Of a stretch of DNA of 64,000 nt, positions 8,759 through 21,200 are shown piece after piece. The notes under the pieces are model-generated. The model made no database searches and was not told the origin of the DNA. It saw nothing but the letters and a program-made list of their open reading frames with translations. Made by a program: the position numbers and the translations under genes. Within the stretch, counting starts at the first letter, position 1, and every line of letters starts with the position of its first letter. Source of the stretch: a virus (Duplodnaviria; Caudoviricetes); IMG/VR virus record IMGVR_UViG_3300027772_001865, positions 1 to 64,000 of that record; one strand, written 5' to 3'.

Positions 8759-11700
8759 ATGGCAACAACCACTAGACAAACCGCAATATTTGGCGTAGAA
8801 GATTGGAAGCAGATCTATCAAACATATAGGGAAGCAGATTTCCAAAGCTACGATTTTGAAACTCTTCGCAAGAGTTTTGTAGACTATCTGCGATTGTATT
8901 ATCCAGAAACATTCAATGACTACATTGAATCAAGTGAATTTATTGCACTCCTGGACATTATTGCGTTCATGGGGCAATCACTTGCTTTCCGTACTGATCT
9001 TAACACTCGTGAAAATTATTTAGACACAGCAGAACGTCGTGATTCGGTTGTGCGACTGGCCAATCTAGTAAGCTACAGTCCCAAACGCAACACAGCCGCA
9101 CAAGGCTTGTTGAAAGTATTCAATGTTACCACAACAGAAAACGTTGTGGACTACAATGGAGTTAATTTAAGCAATGTCACAGTTGACTGGGCTGACCCCA
9201 CTAACCCAGACTGGCAAGAACAGTTTACAGCAATTATCAATGCTGCCTTGGTTGATACTCAGCGTGTTGGCCGCCCAGGCAATCGTCAAACATTACTAGG
9301 TGTAGACACTGCTGAGTATGCAGTGAATCTGGTACCTGGCTTCTTGCCTGTTATTCCTTATACTGCCACAATTGACGGGGTGAACATGCCATTTGAAGCA
9401 ACCACATCTACCAGTGCTGGCCGTGATTACTTGTACGAACCTGCACCAGTACCAAACACAAGTTTTAACGTGTTATTCCGTAATGATCAATTGGGATTCA
9501 GTTCTGCCAACACTGGTTACTTCTTTATGTTCAAACAAGGCACACTACAGAACACAGATTTTAACATAGCGGAACGCACAAGCAATCGCACTGTGAATAT
9601 CAACGTGGAAGGTGTCAACAACGAAGATCGTTGGTTATTTGAACTTACCAACGTGGGCAACATCAATCGTGAATGGCAATATGTAGAAAGTGTGTACACC
9701 GCTGCCGCTGAACAAACGGTATTACTGCGTCCTATCTATTCTACCACCAGCCGTAGCAATGATCAAATCACTTTGGTATTTGGCGATGGCGTATTCTCAG
9801 AAATTCCCGTGGGCATTTTCCGTTGTTATACTCGTGCGTCAAATGGCTTGCAGTACATTATCAATCCAGAAGAAATGCAAAATGTCACATTACCAATCAG
9901 CTACACTGATCGCAATGGTAATGTACAAACAATTACATTCACTTGCGGAATCACACAACCAGTGAGCAATGCACAAGCACGTGAAACAATTGATGCAATT
10001 AAACAACGTGCCCCTGCCAGATACTACACACAAAATCGCATGGTCAACGGCGAAGACTACAATCTGTTTCCGTACACTGCTTACAATAGTATTATCAAAA
10101 GCAAAGCCTTGAACCGTAGTTCAATTGGTACAAGCCGATATTTGGATCTAGTTGATAACACCGGCAAATATTCATCGACCAACACTTTCTCTAGCGATGG
10201 TGCTGTGTGGGAACAAAATATTCTTCCTACCATATTATTCAGTTGGATCAACCGAAACGAAATTGCCGACTTTGTGACAAACTCTGCCCAACCGCAAATT
10301 GGTCAGGCCACAATGAAACAGTTTTACTATGCCAATTTTCCACGACCTGAAGTTAACATAACAGACTCAGCCACAGCATTGAGCACCTGGCAACAAAGCA
10401 CAACATTGGCCAACGAGACTACAGGTTATTTTAAAAACGCCGCTGGCAATGCTATTCCTGTTGGTGGCAGCACCACAACTGTTTTTAACTATGTTCAGGT
10501 TGGTAGCATTATTAAATTTACCGCACCCACAATCAATGGTATCACTTACTATTTTGATCGTAACAACCGATTACAGCCTGGAGTACCAACCAAGCCCGAC
10601 GAAAGTTTAGAAATTTGGGCAAGCCCTCAAGCCATCATTGGCGACGGATACAATGGCGGCATTGGAAATCTACCATCTGGTGCTGGACCGGTGACTCTCA
10701 ACAATTTTGTGCCAACAAATGCAGTGGTTGACAGTATTATTCCTGTTTTCATTACAGATTTGCCACTGTCATTAGAACAACAGATGGGCGATCAAATTGA
10801 ATTGTTTCGTAATTTTGGTATTGGATATGCCAGTACAGAAATTACCACTCCGCAAGGCAACAAGATTAATCCAGGTACTTGGTATCTAATTAGCAGTACA
10901 AATCTTGATGCCAATGCCACCTGGAGCCAAACCAATGCTGGATCAACATCAGGCACAAATCAAGATTCCAGCTGGTTGGCACAATTTGTAGTTGAAAATC
11001 AAAATTACACTGTGACCTTCCGTGGACTTGCATATAACTTTGGTAGTGTGTTGCAAACACGTTTCTTCTTCTATGATGACCAGTTGGTTTACGACAGCCG
11101 CACTGGCACAATTATCAAGGACTTTATCAATGTGTTGGCAATGAACACTCAACCAAACAACAGCAATCCTTTGCAAAGTGATGTGTATATGAATATCATT
11201 GGACAACCTGTTGAGAGTGATGGATATGTTGATGACTTCCAAGTGTTAGTCAGTTTCCGCGACAGCGACAATGATGGCGTGCCTGACAACCCAGACTTCT
11301 TTGAAGAAATTGTAGGGCCTGTTCCTGCTATTCCCAGCACAGGTCCTTGGGTATTCCTGCAACAAACTGTGGACTTTGACAATTTACAACGTTATTTGTT
11401 GGTCGAAGAAGGTGTGGTTAATTCAGACTATGCCACACTTGATGATATTGAGTTGGTAAAAACTGAATGGAGTCCCGGGCAAGTATTTTATGCCTACGGC
11501 ACCTACAACAGCAGTGGTGAAATAATTGTTGCGCCGGCGTTTTATCTACTGAGTATTAACGTTGCTGGAGCCAGAACATTGGTTGAACAGTCAGGATGGA
11601 TTGCAAGATCAGGCAGACAAAACTTGTACTTCCAATACCGCCACAACTCACCACTGACCAATCGTATTGACCCAGGTACCACCAACATCATTGACTTGTA

Positions 11701-12256
11701 TGTGGTTACACAGGCATATTACACTTCTTACCAGAACTGGATCAAAGACACCACTGGCACAGTCGCACAACCTGATGTTCCCACAATTGATGAGTTGTCA
11801 ACTGCGTACCAAGGCTTACAAGATTACAAAATGATTTCTGATAACATTGTGTTGAACTCTGTAAACTTCAAACCATTGTTTGGTGCCAAAGCTGCACAAC
11901 AATTACGAGCCACAATCAAAGTGATCAAGGCACAAGGATCTACAGCAAGCACCAGCGAGATCAAGAGCAGTGTGGTAGCGGCCATGAACACCTACTTCTC
12001 AATTGACAAGTGGAACTTTGGTGATACCTTCTACTTCTCTGAACTGGCAGGATACCTACACAGAACACTTGGAAGTATCATTAGTTCAGTAGTTCTAGTA
12101 CCATTGAACAGTCAGAAGAGCTTTGGCGACTTGTATGAGATCAGATCAGAGCCCAACGAAATCTTCGTGAATGCGGCAGACATAACTAATATAGAGGTGA
12201 TCGAAGCATTGACCAGCACCAATCTTAGAACAGCACCAGGCAGTGGAGTCATTTAA
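8759..12256 (+). CDS. Baseplate wedge subunit gp6-like (enlarged, 1165 aa)
   Basis: YDFETLRKSFVDYLR..YPE.FNDYIESSE..ALLDIIAF....LAFR.DLN.RENYLDTAERR.SV.RLA.LVSY.PKR, LVFGDG, and ETIDAIKQRAP..YYTQNRMVNGEDY are all gp6/baseplate-J hallmarks. Confidence 0.85.
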   Translation: MATTTRQTAIFGVEDWKQIYQTYREADFQSYDFETLRKSFVDYLRLYYPETFNDYIESSEFIALLDIIAFMGQSLAFRTDLNTRENYLDTAERRDSVVRLANLVSYSPKRNTAAQGLLKVFNVTTTENVVDYNGVNLSNVTVDWADPTNPDWQEQFTAIINAALVDTQRVGRPGNRQTLLGVDTAEYAVNLVPGFLPVIPYTATIDGVNMPFEATTSTSAGRDYLYEPAPVPNTSFNVLFRNDQLGFSSANTGYFFMFKQGTLQNTDFNIAERTSNRTVNINVEGVNNEDRWLFELTNVGNINREWQYVESVYTAAAEQTVLLRPIYSTTSRSNDQITLVFGDGVFSEIPVGIFRCYTRASNGLQYIINPEEMQNVTLPISYTDRNGNVQTITFTCGITQPVSNAQARETIDAIKQRAPARYYTQNRMVNGEDYNLFPYTAYNSIIKSKALNRSSIGTSRYLDLVDNTGKYSSTNTFSSDGAVWEQNILPTILFSWINRNEIADFVTNSAQPQIGQATMKQFYYANFPRPEVNITDSATALSTWQQSTTLANETTGYFKNAAGNAIPVGGSTTTVFNYVQVGSIIKFTAPTINGITYYFDRNNRLQPGVPTKPDESLEIWASPQAIIGDGYNGGIGNLPSGAGPVTLNNFVPTNAVVDSIIPVFITDLPLSLEQQMGDQIELFRNFGIGYASTEITTPQGNKINPGTWYLISSTNLDANATWSQTNAGSTSGTNQDSSWLAQFVVENQNYTVTFRGLAYNFGSVLQTRFFFYDDQLVYDSRTGTIIKDFINVLAMNTQPNNSNPLQSDVYMNIIGQPVESDGYVDDFQVLVSFRDSDNDGVPDNPDFFEEIVGPVPAIPSTGPWVFLQQTVDFDNLQRYLLVEEGVVNSDYATLDDIELVKTEWSPGQVFYAYGTYNSSGEIIVAPAFYLLSINVAGARTLVEQSGWIARSGRQNLYFQYRHNSPLTNRIDPGTTNIIDLYVVTQAYYTSYQNWIKDTTGTVAQPDVPTIDELSTAYQGLQDYKMISDNIVLNSVNFKPLFGAKAAQQLRATIKVIKAQGSTASTSEIKSSVVAAMNTYFSIDKWNFGDTFYFSELAGYLHRTLGSIISSVVLVPLNSQKSFGDLYEIRSEPNEIFVNAADITNIEVIEALTSTNLRTAPGSGVI

Positions 12257-15200
12257 TGGCAAAAGTACGTAGCGTAGATTTTTTACCTGAAATTTTTCAG
12301 ACTGATGTAAACAAACAGTTCCTGGCAGCCACGCTGGATCAGTTGATACAAGAGCCTAAATTTAAAAAGACCCAAGGATTTATTGGCCGTACTGTGGGCC
12401 CAGGTGTGAACCCCAACGAAAAGTATGTTGTAGAATCAACCAAGGTTCGTGCTGATTATCAACTCGAGCCAGGAATTATTAGTCTCAAACCAGACACCAA
12501 CACCATTGAAGATGTTATCACATATCCAGGACTGCTTGATTCACTTGACTATCAAGGTGGCAACTCAGCACGTCCAGACAGACTGTTTGAAAGTGAATAC
12601 TATACCTGGGATCCGTTTGTTGATTGGGATACATTTATTAACTTCAGTCAGTACTTTTGGTTGCCAGGTGGTCCAGGTGCAGTGGATGTGGCCGCTACAG
12701 GTGTGCCGGCAAGTGATAATTTTGTAGTAACCAGAGCCAATGGCGTTTATACCTTTTCTGGTCTGAATGGAGACAACCCAACAGTTGATCTAGTGCGAGG
12801 TGGTAGCTATACTTTTCAAGTTGCACAAAACGACAAGGAAACAGTAAATTATCGTGTGACCAATTCTGGAACCAGTGCGTATGTTATTGATTATGCTAAC
12901 AATCCTACGCTGACACTAGCACGTGGCAATACGTATGTGTTTAATTTGAATTTAAATGGAGTATATCCATTCTACATTAAAACAGCCGCTACAACTGGCT
13001 TGAACAATGTTTATAGTTCAGGTGTGACCAATAATGGTGCAGTGACAGGACTCGTGACATTTGTAGTTCCACAAGATGCTCCGGATACGCTGTACTATTC
13101 TAGCGCCACGCAATCAAACATGCGTGGACAAATTAACATCATCGACGGCACTGCAGGTACAGGAGCAGGTTTTTGGATTCAAGCCGCACCGGGTATCAAT
13201 GGTAAAATGCCTGCCACGCCAAACATCAGTTCTAGAGATGTGTACGGTGTAACCAACAATGGCGAAGACCTTGGCACCATTACATTCAACGTTCCAACAA
13301 AAACTGCACAACAGTTCTATTATGACCTGCCTAGCCTTGGATCCATTGATCTCTTGACTGATTTACGCTTTGATCAAATCAACAACATTCCTGTGGTTGA
13401 CTTTATTGCTGCCTATGGCGGCATTGATGGCATCACAGCACTTGATGGCAGAACATTGGTATTTGAAGGCACATCAATAGACACCGATCAAGGCGGCTGG
13501 ACCAAAACAACGTTTTTTGATCCTTTGACACAGAGCGATAGTTTTACAGGGCAACCAGGCAGTTATGACAGTTTGTTATACGCACAACAACTTGAAGTAC
13601 CGTTATCTCAACGTCGCGGAATCTGGCAAATTAACTATGTCAGTAATGCTGGATTTGTTTACATCAGCCTAACCAATGTGGGCAATATCAACGACTTGGA
13701 AAAGTTTACTATCTTATATGGCAACACTTATGCAAGCACAGGATGGTTCAAGAACGATGCAGGCGTGTTTAAACAAATACCTTTGTTGACAGCATCACAG
13801 GACACATTGTATTACCAAGATGGCACAGACCCTGGTATATTTGGTCGAATTAGATTGATTGATCAAACACAAAGTTCTACGTTGTATATTGACGAAATTA
13901 TTGGTAAAAAAAATTACACCAGTCCCAACGGTGTGGCATTTACCAATGGATTGAAAGTTGTGTTTCGTGGAGATGTTGTTCCGTCTAGTTACATCAACAC
14001 AGAATATTATATCAGCGGAGTTGGCATTGCTATAAAACTGTTGCCGGTATCAAATTTTGTCTGTCCAGAAACTTATGTAGTAGATGCTGATACTAGTACT
14101 ATTGACACAGAACCATCCACATTAGATTACCTGACAGTTAATCGTGCAAGCCTAGATCTCAATGCGTGGTCTAGAAGCAATCGATGGTTCCATATTGACG
14201 TTATCAACGCCACAGCAAAATACAACAACACTGAAGTTACCATTGACAATCAATATCGCGCCAAACGCCCGATCATTCAGTTCCGTCCCGGAATACGGTT
14301 GTTCAACATGGGCACCGAAGGTAAACAGCCTGTTAACGTTATTGACTTTGCAGAATCTGATGCGTTTAGCAATGTAGAAGGCAGCACTGGCTACACAGTA
14401 GATGGATACAATTTTGTACAAGGCAGCAGGGTTATCTTTGCCAAGGATGCTGATGCCAATGTGCGCAACAAAATTTGGGTAGTTAATTTTGTGTCGCCAG
14501 ATTCAGTATCACCGGTGATTGCTCAACCTATTATTAACCTAACACTAGCCACCGATGGCGATGTGCTGGTTGATCAAAGTACTGTGTGCTTGGATGGAGA
14601 TACACTTACCGGTGTTACCTTTTGGTACAACGGAGTTGAGTGGACTGAAGCACAACTAAAAACCAAAGTTCAACAAGCACCGTTGTTTAACGTGTACGAT
14701 GCTGATGGGGTAAGTTTTGGAAACAAAGCAGTATATCCGTCAACCACATTTGTTGGATCAAAATTATTCAGTTACGCCCAAGGCACAACTGGCATCTTGG
14801 ATCCTATTTTGCAATTCCCGTTGCAATATTTAAATTTAAATAACGTTGGTGACATTGTATTTGAAAACAACTTGTACAAAGATACATTTTTGTATGTGCG
14901 TGATAACGTTAGTACAACATCATTGATCAGTTCTGGATTTCCCAGAGAATATGCTACACGATTGTTGTATAATCGATTGTTAGGATGGAACACAGCAATT
15001 ACACCATCTCAAGTCAGACAACAGTTTAAGTTCACCTACGATGGCCGCCCACTGCTGTTGGATATCCAAGCACAGAGCGATGGCATTGTTCCTGCGGTAA
15101 AAATTTATGTTGGTAGCAAATTTAAAGATCCAGGAACGTATACACTTGCAACCACCTCTAATTCATCTACTATCACACTAGATGATACTTTTGTGATTGG

Positions 15201-18200
15201 TGACATTGTTGAAATATTGGTATTGAGTGATCAAACAAGCCAGGTGGCATTTTATCAAGTTCCAATCAACCTAGAGAACAATCCATTAAACGGCAATAGT
15301 GATGCATTCACCCTGGGTACTATTCGCACACACTACGAATCAATCTGCGAAAATTTAATCACATTAACTGGCACAATTAACGGTGCAAACAACACACGCG
15401 ACCTAGGTGCAATTGGCCCTTACGGGTTAATTATTCTGCAACAAAGCAGTCCTCTGACCTTGGCAGGATATTTTAACCGTAGCAAAGAATACAATATTTT
15501 TGCTTCACTGCAATATAATTCACGTGAATATCAAAAGTTCAAAGACTTGTTGATGAACGAAGTTACCAACTTGACTTTATACACAGAAACTCCTGCAGAA
15601 ATATTGGTAGAGGCCATGGCCAACATCACACTGGGACGACTAGAATCTAATCCATTCTACTGGTCAGACATGGTGCCATCTGGATCGGTATATATCGAAA
15701 ACAAATACACAGTGAGTTTGATCACAACCAATGTGTTTGATACTGTACAAGTTTACAATTACACATCAGCCAACTATTTAGGACTGTTGGTTTACAAAAA
15801 CAATGAGTTGATGACTCGTGGATTTGACTACACCGTGGCTACAGATGGTCCGCGAATAACAGTGTTAACGCCCTTGGCTGTTGGTGATGTTATTGCCATT
15901 CAAGAGTATTCAGCCACCTATGGCAACTTTGTTCCCAACACTCCTACCAAGATGGGATTGTACCCTTCGTTCCGCCCAGTGATCACCACAATTGATGCCA
16001 CATCTGGATCCCGACTGGTTATCATTGGTCATGACGGCAGTCAAACTCCGGTGTTTGGTGATGTTCGAGATCAAGTGTTACTTGAATTTGAAACACGTAT
16101 TTTTAATAATTTAAAACTAGATGGCAATCCCGTACCAATCAATGTCAGTGACGTAATACCAGGACAGTTCCGTAGCACTGGATATTCATTTGCAGAAATC
16201 AATGATATATTAAATGTTGATTTCTTGAGCTATGTTGGATGGAACAAGTTAGATTACAACACACAAAATTACATTGCAAGCAATGAGTTTTCGTGGAACT
16301 ACAGCGGCTCTCAGAACAAGTTGACCACAAGTCAAAATCTAATTGGTTCATGGCGTGGTATCTACAAATATTTTTATGACACACAAGACCCTGCAAGAAC
16401 TCCGTGGGAGATGTTGGGATTCAGTATTAGACCATCATGGTGGAATGATGTTTACGGTCCAGGGCCATACACGTCAGAAAACATGGTGCTATGGGATGAC
16501 CTAGAAGCAGGAATTGTGGCTGATCCGTTGGGATCATACGTACTGCCAGCATATATTCGTCCTAATCTCACACAAGTGATACCAGTTGACAATGAAGGTA
16601 ATCTAGTAAGTCCATTTGAATGCGTGGTTGGCAACTACAACGAAACAACATTTCAAAAGAGCTGGTCAACTGGGGACGGCAGCCCAGTTGAAGCGTCATG
16701 GTGGAATTCAAGTGCATATCCATTTGCTATCATGCGATTGTATGCATTAACAATTCCTGCTAAGTTTTACTCATTGTACGCAGACAGAGACTTATACCGA
16801 TACCGAGCTGAGTTTGGACAGTTTCTTTACAATGATCGATATCGACTAGATGCCAATGGCATACAAGTATATGGCAATGGCACAAGCAAAGCCAGTTTTA
16901 TCAACTGGATCGTGGACTACAATCGCGTCACTGGTATAAACAGTACTACGGCTCTTGAAGCAGATCTTGCGAGTATTGACGTTCGCCTGTGCTATAGACT
17001 AGCTAGTTTTTCTGACAAACAGTATATTAAATTATACACCGAAAAATCTAGCCCTAACAGCTTGAATGCAACATTGTTGATACCCGACGAAAGTTATGAT
17101 CTACTGTTGTACAAAAATCAACCTTTTGACCGGCTGATTTACAGTTCAGTTGTGATACAAATTGTTGAAGGCGGCTATGCTGTTTATGGCTATTCAACTA
17201 CTCAACCTTACTTTGATATTTTAGTAAGTCAGTCAGCTGGCAGATTAAAACCATACACAGTTGGTGATGTTACTGTGCGGGTGCCCATAACGCACACCAA
17301 CACTGTGGCACAGGTTCCGTATGGATATGTGTTTACAAATCAAACCAGTGTGTGTGATTTCTTGTTGAGTTACGGCAAATTATTAAATGAACAAGGTCTT
17401 GTGTTTGATGATAGAGTAAATGGTTACCAATTGGACTGGGATCAAATGGTTGTTGAGTTCTTGTACTGGAGTCAGCAGGGATGGGAAAACAGTTGTTTAA
17501 TCAATCTCAATCCATTGGCCAGTGCATTAACAATTACCAAACCAGGTGCGGTGGTGGACAGCATTGTTACACAAACCAGCGAAAATGTTTTGCTGGATCA
17601 AAACAAGCGTGAGCTGCCTGCTCGCAATATCAATATTGTGCGACTAGACAACACATTGACACTGCAACCATTGACTGATCAAAGTCTAAGTTTTGCTGAC
17701 TTACGTTTCACAAACTTTGAACACATGATTGTGCTAAACAATCAAAGTGTGTTTGGAGATTTAATTTATGAACCTATTACCGGTGCTCGTCAAAGCAGAT
17801 TGAACTTTGTTGGCATAACCAGCACTGAATGGAATGGAACTGTTGACGCTCAAGGCTTTATCTTGAACCAAGACAATGTGGAAGAATGGTCTGGCCTTAA
17901 GAAATACAGCAAAGGTCAAATTGTCAAGTATAAGGATCAGTATTGGAGTGCCTTGGTCATTGTTGATCCTAGCATAGAGTTTGATTTTAACAAGTGGACC
18001 AAGAGTGACTACAGTCAGATTGAACTAGGACTATTGCCAAACATTGCCAACAAGGCAAATCAACTACAGAATTCATACAGTGTTAACACTGCCAATCTAG
18101 AAGGCGATAATGACTTGTTAAGCTACGGCTTGATTGGTTTCCGTCCTCGTCAGTACATGGCAGCATTGAATCTTGATGATGTTAGCCAGGTAAATGTTTA

Positions 18201-21200
18201 CTCACAGTTCTTGGGTTCAAAAGGCACAATACTTTCAGCAGAATTGTTGAGCAATGCCAACCTTGGTAAAGAATCCGCAGACTATCAAATTTACGAAAAC
18301 TGGGCAGTACAACGTGCAGTTTACGGCGCCAACGCTAACCGTAGTTTTGTTGAACTAAAATTAAATCGTGCATTGCTAAGTGCCAACCCAAGTCTGGTGC
18401 AGGTTATTCAACCTCAAGAACAAAGTCAAGCTGACCAAACTATCTTCTTGAGCAACGTATGGCGACAGAGTTACAAACTGACTTCTCCAGACTTTTTACC
18501 TACCACAATAACTGAAATCACAGACACCGCCTTGCCAAGTGCGGGTTATGTCAATCTTGAAGACGCTGATATTACTACGTTTGATCTTGGAACAAGATCA
18601 ACTATTGCTGCCAATTTAGGACTGGTAAGTGTTGGTGCCACTGTTTGGGTGGCCAAAGTCAACAACTACGACTGGGACATTTATCGCTGTATTAACATTC
18701 CTGGATTTATTGATCACGTGTGTGATAACCTGGATGGAACATCAATTGTAAACTTTACAAAACCACACGGTCTGTCTGTTGGTGATCGACTGATCATCAA
18801 GCAGTTTGATGTGAGGATAGATGGTGTGTATCGTGTGCTAACAGTGCAAGGAATTAATCGTGTTACTGTTGCGTATACATTCACTCCTGGAGGCCAAACA
18901 GTTATCAACGGCGTTGGTATTGGATTCACCTTGCAAACTCAACGTGTTGCACAGGCCAGCGATATTATAAACTTACCTTACACAAATGATATTCAAACAG
19001 GTGCCAAGGTATGGGTTGACGATGACGGTACAGGTCATTGGCAAGTTTTACAAAAAGAAAACCAGTTTTCGGATGTGATTGAACTGTCACCTGCACTGCT
19101 AGACGCAACCGAAGCATATGGCCAAAGTGTTGCTCAAGCTCGTAATCGTTTTGCCGCATTGGTAGGTAGCCCACGCTATGGATTCAATACCGGTGCAGAA
19201 CAAGGTGCTGTGTACGTGTATGTCAAAAACTACAGTGAGCAATATGCACCAGTAAGCCCTGTGGCCAATGGCGATGCTATTTTAACTCTTGATATAGATG
19301 GTGTGCGCGGATACGGCAACGCCGTAGACTTTGGAAATCAAACATGGGCTGTGGCAGGTGCCAGCAAAAGTCTAGGTATAGCCGGAGAAGCTGATGTTGG
19401 GTATGCCGCAGTAATCTATCGTGATCCAAGTCTTGGTGAACCTGGTGTAATTCCTTATGTACAATGGCAGTTGTTGATATCGCCTAATAACACCGAACCA
19501 GGATTGTTTGGACACAGTGTTGCAATCAGCACAGACGAACGTTGGTTGTATGTTGGTGCGCCTGCTGCTAACAAAGTATATGCATACGGCCAAGTTGATT
19601 GGCAAGATCAGTTTGTTAAAGCAAGAGGTGACGGTGTTACCAAGATCTTTAACTTATCTCAAACCATACAAATTAATGCTGCCACTCAGTTGCTTGTGAC
19701 AGTGGATGGCACAGAGCAAGCTCTTGGTACAGACTACACAGTTGACAGCAGCCTGGCCGTGGTGACTTTTGCAACTGCGCCACCAGTTGGCGTGTTAATT
19801 GATATTCATCGCTACAACAGTAAAAATATTGACGGAGGAAATTACTACGACGTTACTCAAACAACAACATCTGGTCCAGGCACAGGTGCAGAGTTTACTA
19901 TTAGACGAGTACGTAACGAAGTTGGACAACCCGGCAGTGTTTCTGGTGGAGTGGGGGTCACATTTGGTGGCACAGGGTACACAATAGGTGATACAATATC
20001 ATTTGCCCCAGGCAAGTTTGGTGGCGGTGGATCAAGCCCTGCAAACAATATTGTATTAACTATAGCATCAGTTGGCGCAGGCGGCAAAGTTGAAACATTT
20101 ACTATTGCATATACTCCTCCAAGTTTAATTGACACGTTCTCTTTAAATGAATTCTTCTTTACCGTTAATAACATTTACTCATTCTCTGTATATGTCAATG
20201 AGGTATTGTATCGACCAGGTATTGATTACACATTTAATACCGGAACCAAAGACATAACATTTGACGCAGGGTCTATTCCTCCGGCAGGCACTTTAATTAC
20301 AGTGCAAGCCCAGAGTTATTACGAATATGTTGACACACTAACTGTTGCTGGACTAGCAGCTGATGCACAATTTGGTTATAGCGTAACTACCACAGTTGAT
20401 GGCCGGCAAGTCATGATTGGCTGTAAAGACGAAGACATTGATGGCAAAGTTGATGCTGGCAGTGTGTATGTGTTTGATCGTAATGTCCAGCGTTTTATAT
20501 ACGGAACTGATCCCAGTTCAACTATGTTCACGGTTCTCGGCACAGTGACCGCACCAGTAAGTGTTATAGTGAACAATGTTTTCTTGATAAATCAAACAGA
20601 TAGCATTATTGGAGCGCCAGATAGTTTCACAGTTGACGGTAATAACATTACAATCAACGCAGATTTACAAATTGGCGATGTGATTGACATTGAAACAAAT
20701 CAATTTTCACTGATGCAACAAGTTATACAACAGACTGTTAATTTGTCCAATGCAGTGGTTGGTAACCCAATGGAGTTTACCAATTTTGGTCACGCTGTAG
20801 ACATCTGTTCATACAGTTGTAGCTTGTATATTGGTGCACCTCAAGACAGTACCAACGGTTGGAAAGCCGGTAGTGTTCAACGCAATGTTAATCAAAGCAG
20901 AACATATGGCAGCACGGTAGCATTGACCAAGGATCCTGTATTAACTCCTGGTGATACATTGCGAGTCAACAATCAAGACATTGAAATTTTATTCCCCACT
21001 GCTGAACAAACCAGTCTTCAACGCCTAGCACAGTCTATTACAGAAACTGTGCCAAACGTTGTGGCCAGTGTGACCAATGGATATTTGACCATTGCTGTAG
21101 CCAATTCTGCTGCCGCGGCTCCTACAAATAAACTTCAGGTCGCACCAGGGTCAGTGGGATCTGCGTTTGATGACATTGGATTTACTACATTTGTTTACAC

